Origin: Candidatus Micrarchaeia archaeon
GTDB lineage: Archaea > Micrarchaeota > Micrarchaeia > CABMEP01
Length of the DNA: 16,932 bases
Assembly (NCBI GenBank): GCA_038881595.1
Contig: JAVZPM010000007.1
Coordinates: 1 to 16,932, forward strand
Reading direction: 5' to 3'
Positions 7,316-16,700 of the stretch are shown here, piece by piece. The notes under the pieces are model-generated. The model ran no database searches and had not been told where the DNA came from. It saw only the letters and a program-made list of their open reading frames with translations. Position numbers and translations under genes: made by a program. Positions within the stretch are counted from its first letter, which is position 1. Every line of letters starts with the position of its first letter.

Positions 7316-8527
7316 TCATCTTAATAAAACACTTAAATCTTTATTTGTAAAGAAAATCAAAAATCCTTCATTTCTTACTAGTCCTGAAACATACTCTACT
7401 TTATCCCTTTCCTCTATATACTCTATGATGAAGATTTTCTTTCCTTCTTCTTTTAACTTTCGAAGAAAGGATAATGTCCATTCTATCTCATCTATCTCCT
7501 GCGTTTTACCATCATTATAATAAACTGATTCTTTTAATACACCATCAATTGAATTTACATAATTTCTATCTTCTACAAATTCAATTCCTCCGTTTACTAT
7601 TATTTTAAAATTTTTGTTTTTAGCCTTTGCATATTCGCTTATCATTTCTACAAATTTTTTCATTTCATTCTTTGAATTCTCGTTATTAAAGTAATAGTAA
7701 ACATCCACTGTATCTAAAACAGCACCGTCAAATTCAGCACTAATAATTTTATCCAAGTATTGAAAAATAATATTTTGCCAATTTTCATTCCAATATTTAA
7801 CAACATAATTTCCTGACCAATTTGGATTTGATTCCAAAAGCCATTCTGGAGCGTTTTTATCTGGAAATCCGTCGTTATTGGCATCCCACTCATCTTTCCA
7901 ATACCATCTATAATTTTCAGCCTCTCCTATACTTAAATAAGAAAAAATCAATTTGTTTCCATTCTTGGCATAAGATATCTGGTCCTTACTAAATCCGACA
8001 TACTTATTCTCTGGAGCATAATCTATAACTACAAGATCATAATTGCTATTTTTTATTTTTTCTAGGTCTATATTCTGTAGTTGATATGCAAAAGAAGAAA
8101 TTTTAAGAAAAGGATCACTTTGCCCAGTTAGTATAAAATCAGTACTATTATTCTGATCTATTATTTCTAAAATTTCTGAACTATCGTTCTTAACTGAGCT
8201 GTAATTTGAAGCATTGACTAAATCTGAAGAATAGTCAATGTTATTTAAAGAATAATTAGAATCTGAATTAGTATAATTTTGCTCAACGAATATATTTTGA
8301 TTTGTTTGACTTATGTTAACCTCATCCTTTATGCAACTCTTATTACGATTATTATCTGAAGTCACACAAATATTGTCTGTATAATTGATAATTGCATTTC
8401 TTTCGTCAGGATTTAATTCTACATTAATTTTATAAGAATCAAAAAATATATATTCTATATTTTTAATTGTAAGCAATAATAATGTAAATATTAAAATCCA
8501 AAATATTAAAAGGATCAAAAACCTCAT
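7316..8527 (-). CDS. Membrane-anchored MJ1477/TM1410-family glycoside hydrolase (GH114/endo-alpha-1,4-galactosaminidase-like TIM barrel)
   Basis: N-terminal hydrophobic anchor and an Asn/Ser-rich stalk, followed by FAYQLQN, YDLVVID, YLSIGEAENYRWYW, NPNWSGNYVVKYW, FDGAVLDTVDVY, GVLKES and IIEY. Confidence 0.85.
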   Translation of the reverse strand: MRFLILLIFWILIFTLLLLTIKNIEYIFFDSYKINVELNPDERNAIINYTDNICVTSDNNRNKSCIKDEVNISQTNQNIFVEQNYTNSDSNYSLNNIDYSSDLVNASNYSSVKNDSSEILEIIDQNNSTDFILTGQSDPFLKISSFAYQLQNIDLEKIKNSNYDLVVIDYAPENKYVGFSKDQISYAKNGNKLIFSYLSIGEAENYRWYWKDEWDANNDGFPDKNAPEWLLESNPNWSGNYVVKYWNENWQNIIFQYLDKIISAEFDGAVLDTVDVYYYFNNENSKNEMKKFVEMISEYAKAKNKNFKIIVNGGIEFVEDRNYVNSIDGVLKESVYYNDGKTQEIDEIEWTLSFLRKLKEEGKKIFIIEYIEERDKVEYVSGLVRNEGFLIFFTNKDLSVLLR

Positions 8528-8575
8528 AATATCAACTTAAATAATACTATCTTAAAGAATATAAATAGTGATTAC
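8528..8575. promoter_or_regulatory. Compact divergent promoter region
   Basis: Only 48 bp separate the divergent starts. TATA-like CTTAAATA (8536-8543, +) and TTTATATT (8566-8559, -); SD-like GTGAT (8568-8572) precedes ATG 8576. Confidence 0.4.
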
Positions 8576-10342
8576 ATGATCGAACTTCTAGCTCCTGCAG
8601 GAAGCCCATCTGCATTGAAAGCAGCTGTAGAAGCAGGAGCTGATGCAGTATATATGGGATCGAATTGGAATGCAAGAATGAGAGCAAGGAACTTCACAAG
8701 AGAGGAACTTGCAAAAGCTATTTCATACTGTCATAATAATAACGTGAAAGCATATATTACTTTAAACACGCTTATATTTGAAGAAGAAATTAAAGGAATA
8801 AAGGAATACTTGGAATTTTTAGATGAAAATGAAGCGGATGCAATAATTGTTCAGGATTTAGGAGTGGTGAGGTTAGCAAGAGAGTTAAACTTCTCTTTCG
8901 ATATTCATGCAAGTACGCAAATGTCTGTACACAATTCAAATACTGCAAAATTGCTAAAGGAAAGAGGGATAAAAAGGATAATACTTGCAAGAGAATTAAA
9001 TTTTGATCAGATTAAGCGGATCAAAGAAAATGTAGACGTAGAACTTGAAATGTTTGTATTTGGTGCATTATGCTATTCTTACTCTGGAAAGTGCTTATGG
9101 AGTTATATTCAAACTGGAAGAAGTGGAAATAGAGGCGCATGCTCTCAGGTGTGTAGGTTTCCATGGAAGCTTTTAGTTAATGGAAAAGAAATAAAGAAAG
9201 GATACTTAACAAGCACTAAAGATCTTAATCTTATTAATCATATCGATAAAATTAAGGATTTAGGTATTGAATCAATAAAGATAGAAGGTAGGTTGAAAGA
9301 CGCTAACTACATAGGTAAAGTTGTTTCTATTTTTAGAGCTGCAATAGATGGAAAGGATATCAATTTAGATAATTTAGAAAGTAACAGGGGTTTTACAACC
9401 GGATATCTTTTCAATGAGGCTAAAAATAAATTAATCAATCCAAAATCACAAATTTTTAGAGGAAAAGAAATAGGGAAAGTTTTAGAAGTAAAGAGAGATG
9501 GAGCGGTTGTATATCTTAATCAACCTTTATCTGTAAATGATTTTATAAGAACATCATCCATTGGAAAAGCAATAAAAATTTACAGAATTTATAAAGATGG
9601 TAAAGAAATAAACACAGGAATCGATAGGTGTGTGATTAAAATAAAAGGTTTAAGAAAAAATGATAAGATATATCTAATTGAACCTATTAATGACGACTCA
9701 TCTTTTTTAGATAAATATCAGCCTAAAACTAAATCTAACCAGCACAATGTTAAATCAATTATATTGGAGCCATTAAGATTTAAATCCAATATATTCATTC
9801 ACTATACTGATATTAATTACAGCAATGGGAAAAATGGAAAAATATATGATTGGGAATTTGCAATTAAAAAATACAAAGACATTAATCACTTATCACCAGT
9901 ATATATTGAAACACCAAGAGTTGTTTTTGATGAAGAACTTGAAGAGATAAAAGACAAAATAAGTGAAATTAATCAATGGTTCTTAGATAAAAGAGTTGAG
10001 CATTATTTTGTCATTTCTGAATTAAGCCTTATAGGAAAAGAACCTACTTATGTATCACATTATGCAAATATCACAAATACATTAGCAGCAAGAGAATGGT
10101 TAGATATAGGAAATGATTCAATCAAAGGAATTATCGCATCGATAGAGTTGCAAAAAGAAGATGCGTTAAAGCTAGGATTCAGCATCTATGAAGGAAATTA
10201 CATAGAGCTTGCTGTTTCTGAAAACAATTGGTATGAAGAATTCAATATAAATGGAAAAGCACAACTAGTTGATCCTAGAGGGAACATTTATGAAATAAAG
10301 AAAATAAAAAACAGAACAATAATTACAAAAAGAAGAAATTGA
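8576..10342 (+). CDS. Peptidase U32-family Fe-S protein (RlhA/TrhP-like RNA hydroxylase)
   Basis: ELLAPAGS, GADAVY, HASTQMSVHN, ILAREL, the four-Cys motif ALCYSYSGKC...GRSGNRGACSQVCR, and SIKIEGRLK, plus a long divergent C-terminal extension. Confidence 0.88.
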   Translation: MIELLAPAGSPSALKAAVEAGADAVYMGSNWNARMRARNFTREELAKAISYCHNNNVKAYITLNTLIFEEEIKGIKEYLEFLDENEADAIIVQDLGVVRLARELNFSFDIHASTQMSVHNSNTAKLLKERGIKRIILARELNFDQIKRIKENVDVELEMFVFGALCYSYSGKCLWSYIQTGRSGNRGACSQVCRFPWKLLVNGKEIKKGYLTSTKDLNLINHIDKIKDLGIESIKIEGRLKDANYIGKVVSIFRAAIDGKDINLDNLESNRGFTTGYLFNEAKNKLINPKSQIFRGKEIGKVLEVKRDGAVVYLNQPLSVNDFIRTSSIGKAIKIYRIYKDGKEINTGIDRCVIKIKGLRKNDKIYLIEPINDDSSFLDKYQPKTKSNQHNVKSIILEPLRFKSNIFIHYTDINYSNGKNGKIYDWEFAIKKYKDINHLSPVYIETPRVVFDEELEEIKDKISEINQWFLDKRVEHYFVISELSLIGKEPTYVSHYANITNTLAAREWLDIGNDSIKGIIASIELQKEDALKLGFSIYEGNYIELAVSENNWYEEFNINGKAQLVDPRGNIYEIKKIKNRTIITKRRN

Positions 10343-10358
10343 ACAATTATGCAATTAA

Positions 10359-12929
10359 TTATTCAAGATATATCGCTGGCTTGCTTGGCTTTGCTTTGCT
10401 TGCCTTGTTCAAAGGATCGTATTTTTCTTTATCTGCAACAGAGTAAACCGCCACATTATCAAAGTTGAATCTGTCTTTTATGAATTCAGCTGCATTTTTG
10501 ATGTATTGAACTTCATTAGGTATGCTATAGATATATAATTTTGTTTTCTTCTCTTTCATAATCCTAGTTAAATTATTCAAGTCATCCACTATAGTTCTTA
10601 TTTCTTCCTCTGCCTTAAGTATGGATTGATCTGGTTCTCCTACTACCGGCCATTTTTCTGAACTTATAAGAGTATTGTTTCCAAGTTTATGCCAATATTC
10701 CTCCGCTGTATGTGGAATGAATGGAGAAAGGATTTTAAGCCAATTTCCAAGCAGCTCCTTGCTGACATTTCCTCCTCTTGATTTCAGCCATTGAATATCA
10801 TTCTTTATCTCAAAGAATGCAATTGAAGCTGCATTTCTAATCTCATACCTTTCAAGCTCTGTTTCAATCATTTTCAATCTCTTTGCAAATATTGCCTCTC
10901 CCCACTTGTTTATTTCAGAATTATCTTTGCCGCTGTGTGCTGACTCTATCAAATCATCAAATAATTTCTTGAGACTTTCAAGATGTGTGTAGTATCTATC
11001 CATTTCCGCACTCTTCCAATCAAAGTCATTCCATTGGTTTGTTCCATGCGCCATATAGAATCTTATAGCATCCGGCCCATATTTATCTATTGCATCATCC
11101 CAAAATACAACATTGCCCTTGCTCTTTGACATCTTTTCTCCTTCGACAATAAGATGCCAGTTAACAAAAATTCCTTTCGGCCAGAATCTTCTTTCAAAAA
11201 TTGCAGCATGATGAAATATAAAGAATGGGAAATGGACCGTCTTGTGCTCTTTTCCTCCGAAATTCAGATCTAGAGGATAGAAGTACTCAAAATCTTTCCT
11301 TATCTCATCTGCAACTTCTTTCTTACATTTAAGATTTCCTTCCTTCCCAAGATAGATGTAATCAAAGAAAGCATCATCTATTTCATCAACTTTAAGCTTT
11401 CCAGTGTTTATTGCTCTTGAAACTACATAAAATGCCATGTAGATTGTTGAATCAGAAAGCGCCTCTATCATCCAACCCTTGGCGAATGGGAATTCTGTTC
11501 CAAGTCCTCTTTTTCTGATGAGCGGTCTTTCTCTTAGCCAGTCTATTATAGATGGAAGTTCCTTTTTATATTCTGGTGGATAAGTATTCATCTGTTCTAC
11601 GCACTCCTTTGCCAATTCTTTCCATTGCTTGTTAGCATAATTTACAAACCATTGACCAGATATTTTCTTTATTATTACTGGATGACCAAATCTGTCCTTC
11701 ACCTGTTTTACTGTAAATTCGTAAATCTTGTCTGTTACACCTTTTTCAGAAAGATAGGATATAATTGCATCCTTTGCCTTTGCAGTCGGCATTCCTCCAA
11801 TTACTGGAATGTCCTTTCTTATTGTTCCTCTATATTCAAGCTTGTAAAGCTCTTTTACAGCTGCCTCAGCATCTCCATTATGTTTCTTTAATATAACTGC
11901 ACTTGGAATGCCATCAAGATGCATGTCCACAACAAAAGGAATTGTGGAATCATCAGCATTTGTTGCTTCTTTGTAATGCATATAGTCATATGGATCATGC
12001 GCAGGAACGCTCATTACAACTCCTGTTGCTTCAGATGAATCGACAAATGTTGCAGGTATTATCTTTACACTCTTTCCATTTGCAGGATTTATTATAGATA
12101 TATCTTTGAGCTCTTCTCCCTTGATCTTTCTTTTAATCTCTATCTTCTTTCCTAGATTCACAAATTTTTCAACCGCATGTTCAGAAATTATCCATGTTTC
12201 ATTATCAACCTTTGCCTCTACATAGTAAGAATCTGGATTTACCCAAAGATTTGTGACACCAAAAATAGTTTCAGGTCTTAATGTTGCAATTGGATATACT
12301 ATTCCTTTCTCATCTTTGAACTTGATTACTTCATACTCCTTTACCTCTGCATCCTCTCCCTCTGCAATCTCTGCCTGGGCAGCATCAATACTTATTACTT
12401 GTTGACACTCATTGCAGTAAGGAAGAACATAATCTCCCTGCTTTAAAAGACCAAGAGAATTTAGCCTTCTGTATTGCCATTGTATAAACTTATTGTAATG
12501 CGGATCTATGGTTGATGTTGCTGTACTCTCATCAATGCTTAAGCCAAGCCTCTTGAATGCATTTATAATTCTCTTTTCAAGATACTTGTCAACATCCAAT
12601 GGCGAGGTGAATTTCTTTGCGGCTTCCTCTTCAATTCCATATTTCTTTGCTCCTTTTTTGTAATCAGCCTTGCATTCTTCGTATATCTTTGCACAATCCA
12701 CTCCTGTTGCATGAAAGCCTAATGGAAAGAAAACATTGTATCCTTTCATTCTTTTATATCTTGCGACTATGTCTGGAATTGAATAGCTTCTTGCATGACC
12801 TATATGTAGAGTTCCAGAAACAGTTGGATAAGCAAACACAAGATAAAACTTAGGTTTGTCAGATCTTAATGCATGAAATATCTTTGCTTCACTCCACTCT
12901 TTTTGCCATTTTTCTGAAACCGGATCCAT
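10359..12929 (-). CDS. leuS: Leucine--tRNA ligase, archaeal type (divergent)
   Basis: HIGH (LHIGH) and KMSKS motifs; CP1 editing motifs ATLRPETIFGVTN and ATGVVMSVPAHDPYD; IEALSDSTIYMAFY; archaeal C-terminal KPAIYLE; SD GAGGT at 12942-12938. Confidence 0.93.
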   Translation of the reverse strand: MDPVSEKWQKEWSEAKIFHALRSDKPKFYLVFAYPTVSGTLHIGHARSYSIPDIVARYKRMKGYNVFFPLGFHATGVDCAKIYEECKADYKKGAKKYGIEEEAAKKFTSPLDVDKYLEKRIINAFKRLGLSIDESTATSTIDPHYNKFIQWQYRRLNSLGLLKQGDYVLPYCNECQQVISIDAAQAEIAEGEDAEVKEYEVIKFKDEKGIVYPIATLRPETIFGVTNLWVNPDSYYVEAKVDNETWIISEHAVEKFVNLGKKIEIKRKIKGEELKDISIINPANGKSVKIIPATFVDSSEATGVVMSVPAHDPYDYMHYKEATNADDSTIPFVVDMHLDGIPSAVILKKHNGDAEAAVKELYKLEYRGTIRKDIPVIGGMPTAKAKDAIISYLSEKGVTDKIYEFTVKQVKDRFGHPVIIKKISGQWFVNYANKQWKELAKECVEQMNTYPPEYKKELPSIIDWLRERPLIRKRGLGTEFPFAKGWMIEALSDSTIYMAFYVVSRAINTGKLKVDEIDDAFFDYIYLGKEGNLKCKKEVADEIRKDFEYFYPLDLNFGGKEHKTVHFPFFIFHHAAIFERRFWPKGIFVNWHLIVEGEKMSKSKGNVVFWDDAIDKYGPDAIRFYMAHGTNQWNDFDWKSAEMDRYYTHLESLKKLFDDLIESAHSGKDNSEINKWGEAIFAKRLKMIETELERYEIRNAASIAFFEIKNDIQWLKSRGGNVSKELLGNWLKILSPFIPHTAEEYWHKLGNNTLISSEKWPVVGEPDQSILKAEEEIRTIVDDLNNLTRIMKEKKTKLYIYSIPNEVQYIKNAAEFIKDRFNFDNVAVYSVADKEKYDPLNKASKAKPSKPAIYLE

Positions 12930-12970
12930 ATTATCTTACCTCTTTAATATGACTAATTCTAATATCTAAA

Positions 12971-13009
12971 ATAGCAATTAATATATAGAAATTAAATTTA
13001 AATTGCTAT
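12971..13009. promoter_or_regulatory. 9-bp inverted repeat upstream of leuS
   Basis: ATAGCAATT (12971-12979), 21-nt AT-rich spacer, AATTGCTAT (13001-13009). Confidence 0.3.
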
Positions 13010-13042
13010 CACTTAGCACGTGGATAAAGACATTAGAAATAT

Positions 13043-13070
13043 GAGAAAAGTGAAAATAAAAATACAAAAA
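13043..13070 (-). terminator. Oligo-T archaeal-type terminator
   Basis: Minus strand TTTTTGTATTTTTATTTTCACTTTTCTC directly follows the stop codon of 13071..13739. Confidence 0.4.
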
Positions 13071-13739
13071 TTAGTCAAAAGGAAGTTGCTCCATTCCTTC
13101 TCCTTCTTTTGGTTTTTCTTTATCTTTTTGTTCTTCCTTTCTTTCTTGGACTGGTTGTTTCTTTATTATCTGAAGTAAATCTTGTATTCCAGTTCTAATT
13201 GCAGCTGGCTTGACAAACGCAAGCAACACTAATTCAAGCAATGCAATTATTGCTCCTATGAATGGGAAAAATATTATTCCAGAGAGGACAGGTACTGCAA
13301 TTAATATAATTGGAGTTATTCTTCCTTTTGATCTTGTTATGAAGGCAGCCATAGCTGCAGCTAATAGCAGAATTATCCAAGTTGCATTGCAGAAAATACA
13401 TATTATTCCAGTGCAGTTTTCAATTATGCCTGCGCAACTATTGGAAAGCCCTGATGCCAAAGGAACAATTGAAGAATCCTTCGCAGGTACTATGCATTGG
13501 TTTTGGTAACAAAAACCGTTAGTGCAGTCTATAGTTGAATTGCATTCACCTGCAGTGTAGTATTTTTCTAAAACCTCTGGAATCTTGCATGTCTCATCTA
13601 TGCAATATCCTTCAGCACAATCCCTACTGAATTGGCATTTCTCCCCTAGCTGAGAAATTGAAAAGATAAAAGGGGTAGTCAGCAATAACAAAAATAAGAT
13701 TTTATTAAATCCTGCAAGTTTGGATATTTTAAATTTCAT
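13071..13739 (-). CDS. Small secreted Cys-rich membrane-anchored protein
   Basis: Signal peptide, two C-x5-C-x4-C-x4-C modules (aa 35-51, 66-82), a CAGIIENC...CN cap, about 3 hydrophobic segments, and a charged tail. SD AGGTG lies in the 11-nt gap after the upstream gene. Confidence 0.8.
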   Translation of the reverse strand: MKFKISKLAGFNKILFLLLLTTPFIFSISQLGEKCQFSRDCAEGYCIDETCKIPEVLEKYYTAGECNSTIDCTNGFCYQNQCIVPAKDSSIVPLASGLSNSCAGIIENCTGIICIFCNATWIILLLAAAMAAFITRSKGRITPIILIAVPVLSGIIFFPFIGAIIALLELVLLAFVKPAAIRTGIQDLLQIIKKQPVQERKEEQKDKEKPKEGEGMEQLPFD

Positions 13740-13750
13740 ACTAACACCTT

Positions 13751-16700
13751 TTATACTTCAATACTTCCAGTATCCTTGTATATCAATAAACTGAATAATA
13801 TTATTCCTGAAATAATTCCAAGGAACGGATATAATGCCACTCCAATCAATATTGGAGTGAATGCTGCTACCAATCCTGCAACTGGATGCTTGAATCTAGT
13901 CCAGGTGAATGCACCGAATGATCCTGCAACTAAGACAAGAAGAAGTGACATTCCGTTGCATAATGAAATGCATGTCTTTTCATCTGGTGAGCATTCTTCT
14001 ATCAAACCTGCACATCCAAGGTTAGGACTGGTTAATGCACTGAATAAGGATAGTTTCTGTGTAGGTGCAGAGCTGCACTTTCCATTTTCACAATATCCTG
14101 AACAGCAATCAGCTGTGGTTGTGCATGCTGAATTAGAACATGCACATCTTGAATTTAGGCATGGAGCTCCGCAACAATCAGCTGATGATGAACATATAGA
14201 TCCTCTAAGGCAGCTATCGTAAGCCAATAGTCTTGTCTTTGAGGTTTGGAATAATGAATAAAATATATCAGATGCAGCAGGATTTTCCTGCACTGATAAA
14301 AGTTGAGGAGATGCCTTTCCTCCTGCTGAGCTTCCGAAAGCAGGCTTACCTACATTAACAACTGTTTGAGTTGGTTGAATAGGATTGTCTGTAGATAAAC
14401 AGTTTCCATTATAACAGATATTGCTCTTGCATTCTTCGCTTTTGTTACAGGAATCTAATGTAATCTGCAGGCAGGCGTTGTTAAATAAAACTGTTCCTAC
14501 TGGACAGAAGAATGTAATACAATTTCTTGTTGCTGGATCACAACTGCTTGGTAAGCCTGTTATTTCATTGCAATTATCTGGTGAAGTGGTACATCCTCCA
14601 TCACATATTCCTAAGTTTGTATTACAGTATTCATTAGATCTGCAGTCAGAATCTGTGATGCAATTGCTTAATTGACATGTTGAATCAATGCATGACCCAT
14701 ATGCACAATCATTGTCACTTGTACAATTTGAATTGAGCACCCCAATACAATTTCCGCCAGAACATATCTGATCCGCTTGACATTTAATGTTGCAAGAACC
14801 ACAATTTGTTGTATCGTTAAGAGTGTTTACACATTTGTCACCACAAAGAATTGGATACTCTCCACTGCAACCAGTCTCTATACATGAACCACAATCTTGA
14901 GGGCAATTTGAACATGTTTCATTTTCTCCACATCTTCCATTCCCACATGTTTCTAAAACACTACATCTGCCATTTATACAAGATTCCCCTGCTTTGCATG
15001 AATTGAAACATGTACCGCAATTATTTTGATCAGAAGACAGATCTGTTAAAAATGGACCACATTGTGTTATGTTTTCATACAATGGTAATCTAGGAGTACA
15101 CTTCATAGTAATTGGATCACACCATTGTGTCAAGTCGCAGCATTCACTTCCACATCTTATATACTGAATTGAATTCAAAACACATGAAGATGAAGGTTTG
15201 CATGCTCCGTTTGAACAAAATTCATTAGACTTGCATACATTCCCACATGAACCGCAATTGACATTACTTGTGTTTAGATCAACACATGAATTTTCACATC
15301 TTGTTTGGTTTACTCCACATTTTATACATCTATTATCCAAACAAATCTCATCATCTGTGCATGCAACGCCCCCACAATTTGTTCTATCTGGAAGTATAAG
15401 TAAATTAAGATCTATACAAGCTGAATTAACGCATGCAGTACCTATAGGACATGATGTACCACAACTACCACAATTTAAGATGTTTGATCTTGTATCAACA
15501 CAGGTCATTCCACATTGTGTAAGTGGCGATTTACAGTATTGTGGAATGCATGATCCTGTAGTTGCATCACATGTTTGCGAAGAAAGACAGCAGCTTGCTC
15601 CACAAGAAATTAAATTTCCTGAACATGTTGGTTCCTTAACACAGACCTCATTAGCACATACTCCTTCCTCACATCTGACTGAACTACTGCAGTTTTCTCC
15701 TAGTTTTGCTTTTCGAAGACCAACTTCATTCTTTAACCCTTCACCTGTAATTGGTCCTCTAACATAAACACCTGGTTCACAGGTAACTCCGCTATCTATA
15801 TTTCCTGCAAATGTTAACTTTCCATTTTGATCTGATGAGATCGATCCTGATGCAAACAGATCTCCAAATTGAGTATGTATAACTAAATTAACATTATTAC
15901 CTTGAATATTTCCAGAAACACTACCAGATATTATCTCTACACTTTTTTTAATTATTGAGTCACTTACGCTTTCACTAACCATTATCGGATCCGGCTCACA
16001 ACGGAGGGAAGAAACATACCTGCATTTAACTTTAGAACAAAAATCTCCGGAAATACTACATTTCCAAGCCTCTCCATAAAAATTACCAGTTAAATTATCT
16101 CCTTTTTTATTGAGTGTCAAAGTATAACGTATCGGAAAGTTCCTGCATGCATCAGGAGTGTTGAAAACCCCTGCTATAATCATGTTTTCTTCTTGAACAT
16201 TTGTTTTTACCACTCTTTCCCTTCTAATGCCTGTTCCAATCATTGTACCATCAACATATACATTTGGCTCACAAGTAAAATCGCTTTTGAATGTTGAGGA
16301 AAAACTAAGTTTTCCAGATGCACTGTCTTCTACTATATCTCCTACGATATTCATTGTTCCAAGATCGCCAATAGTTATTGAACCTATCAGCTGATTATTT
16401 TCTATCTTTCCAGTTAAAGAACCAGATATAGACTCTTTTCCCGTAGTTAGCAAAGAGAGTAAATCTTCTTGAGACACTTCTCTACATTTTACATTACAAC
16501 TCGTCCCACTTCCAGACCAAACACAATCAAATAAATTATAAAACTGATCTGCTCTACAGCGGTAGCCATAAGCATTAAAAGTTCCTGTCACCTTTGAATT
16601 CTCTTCATAAAGAGAGATAGTATATTTGATGTCCACATCTCGACATGCAGCTGGATGATTAAAATCTCCAGATATGAATATATCTGATGCAGAAGACACT

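Noticed and set aside
7316..8527. Historical annotation of the MJ1477 family as an alternative CysRS, tempting next to leuS
   Set aside because: The membrane anchor, sequon-rich stalk and hydrolase motifs indicate an extracellular glycoside hydrolase.
8790..12853. Short ORFs 8790..8990, 11625..11891, 11903..12097 and 12617..12853
   Set aside because: Antisense shadows inside the U32 gene and leuS.
13680..13739. Possible class III (pilin-like) signal peptide KLAG/F in the small Cys-rich protein
   Set aside because: No K/R at -2, and polar or charged residues (N, K) follow the putative site; a standard Sec signal fits better.
13210..15767. Plus-strand ORFs 13210..13509, 13776..14222, 14421..14675 and 15198..15767
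   Set aside because: Antisense to the Cys-rich genes; their composition (His/Gln-rich in the three longer-gene shadows) mirrors the sense-strand codons.
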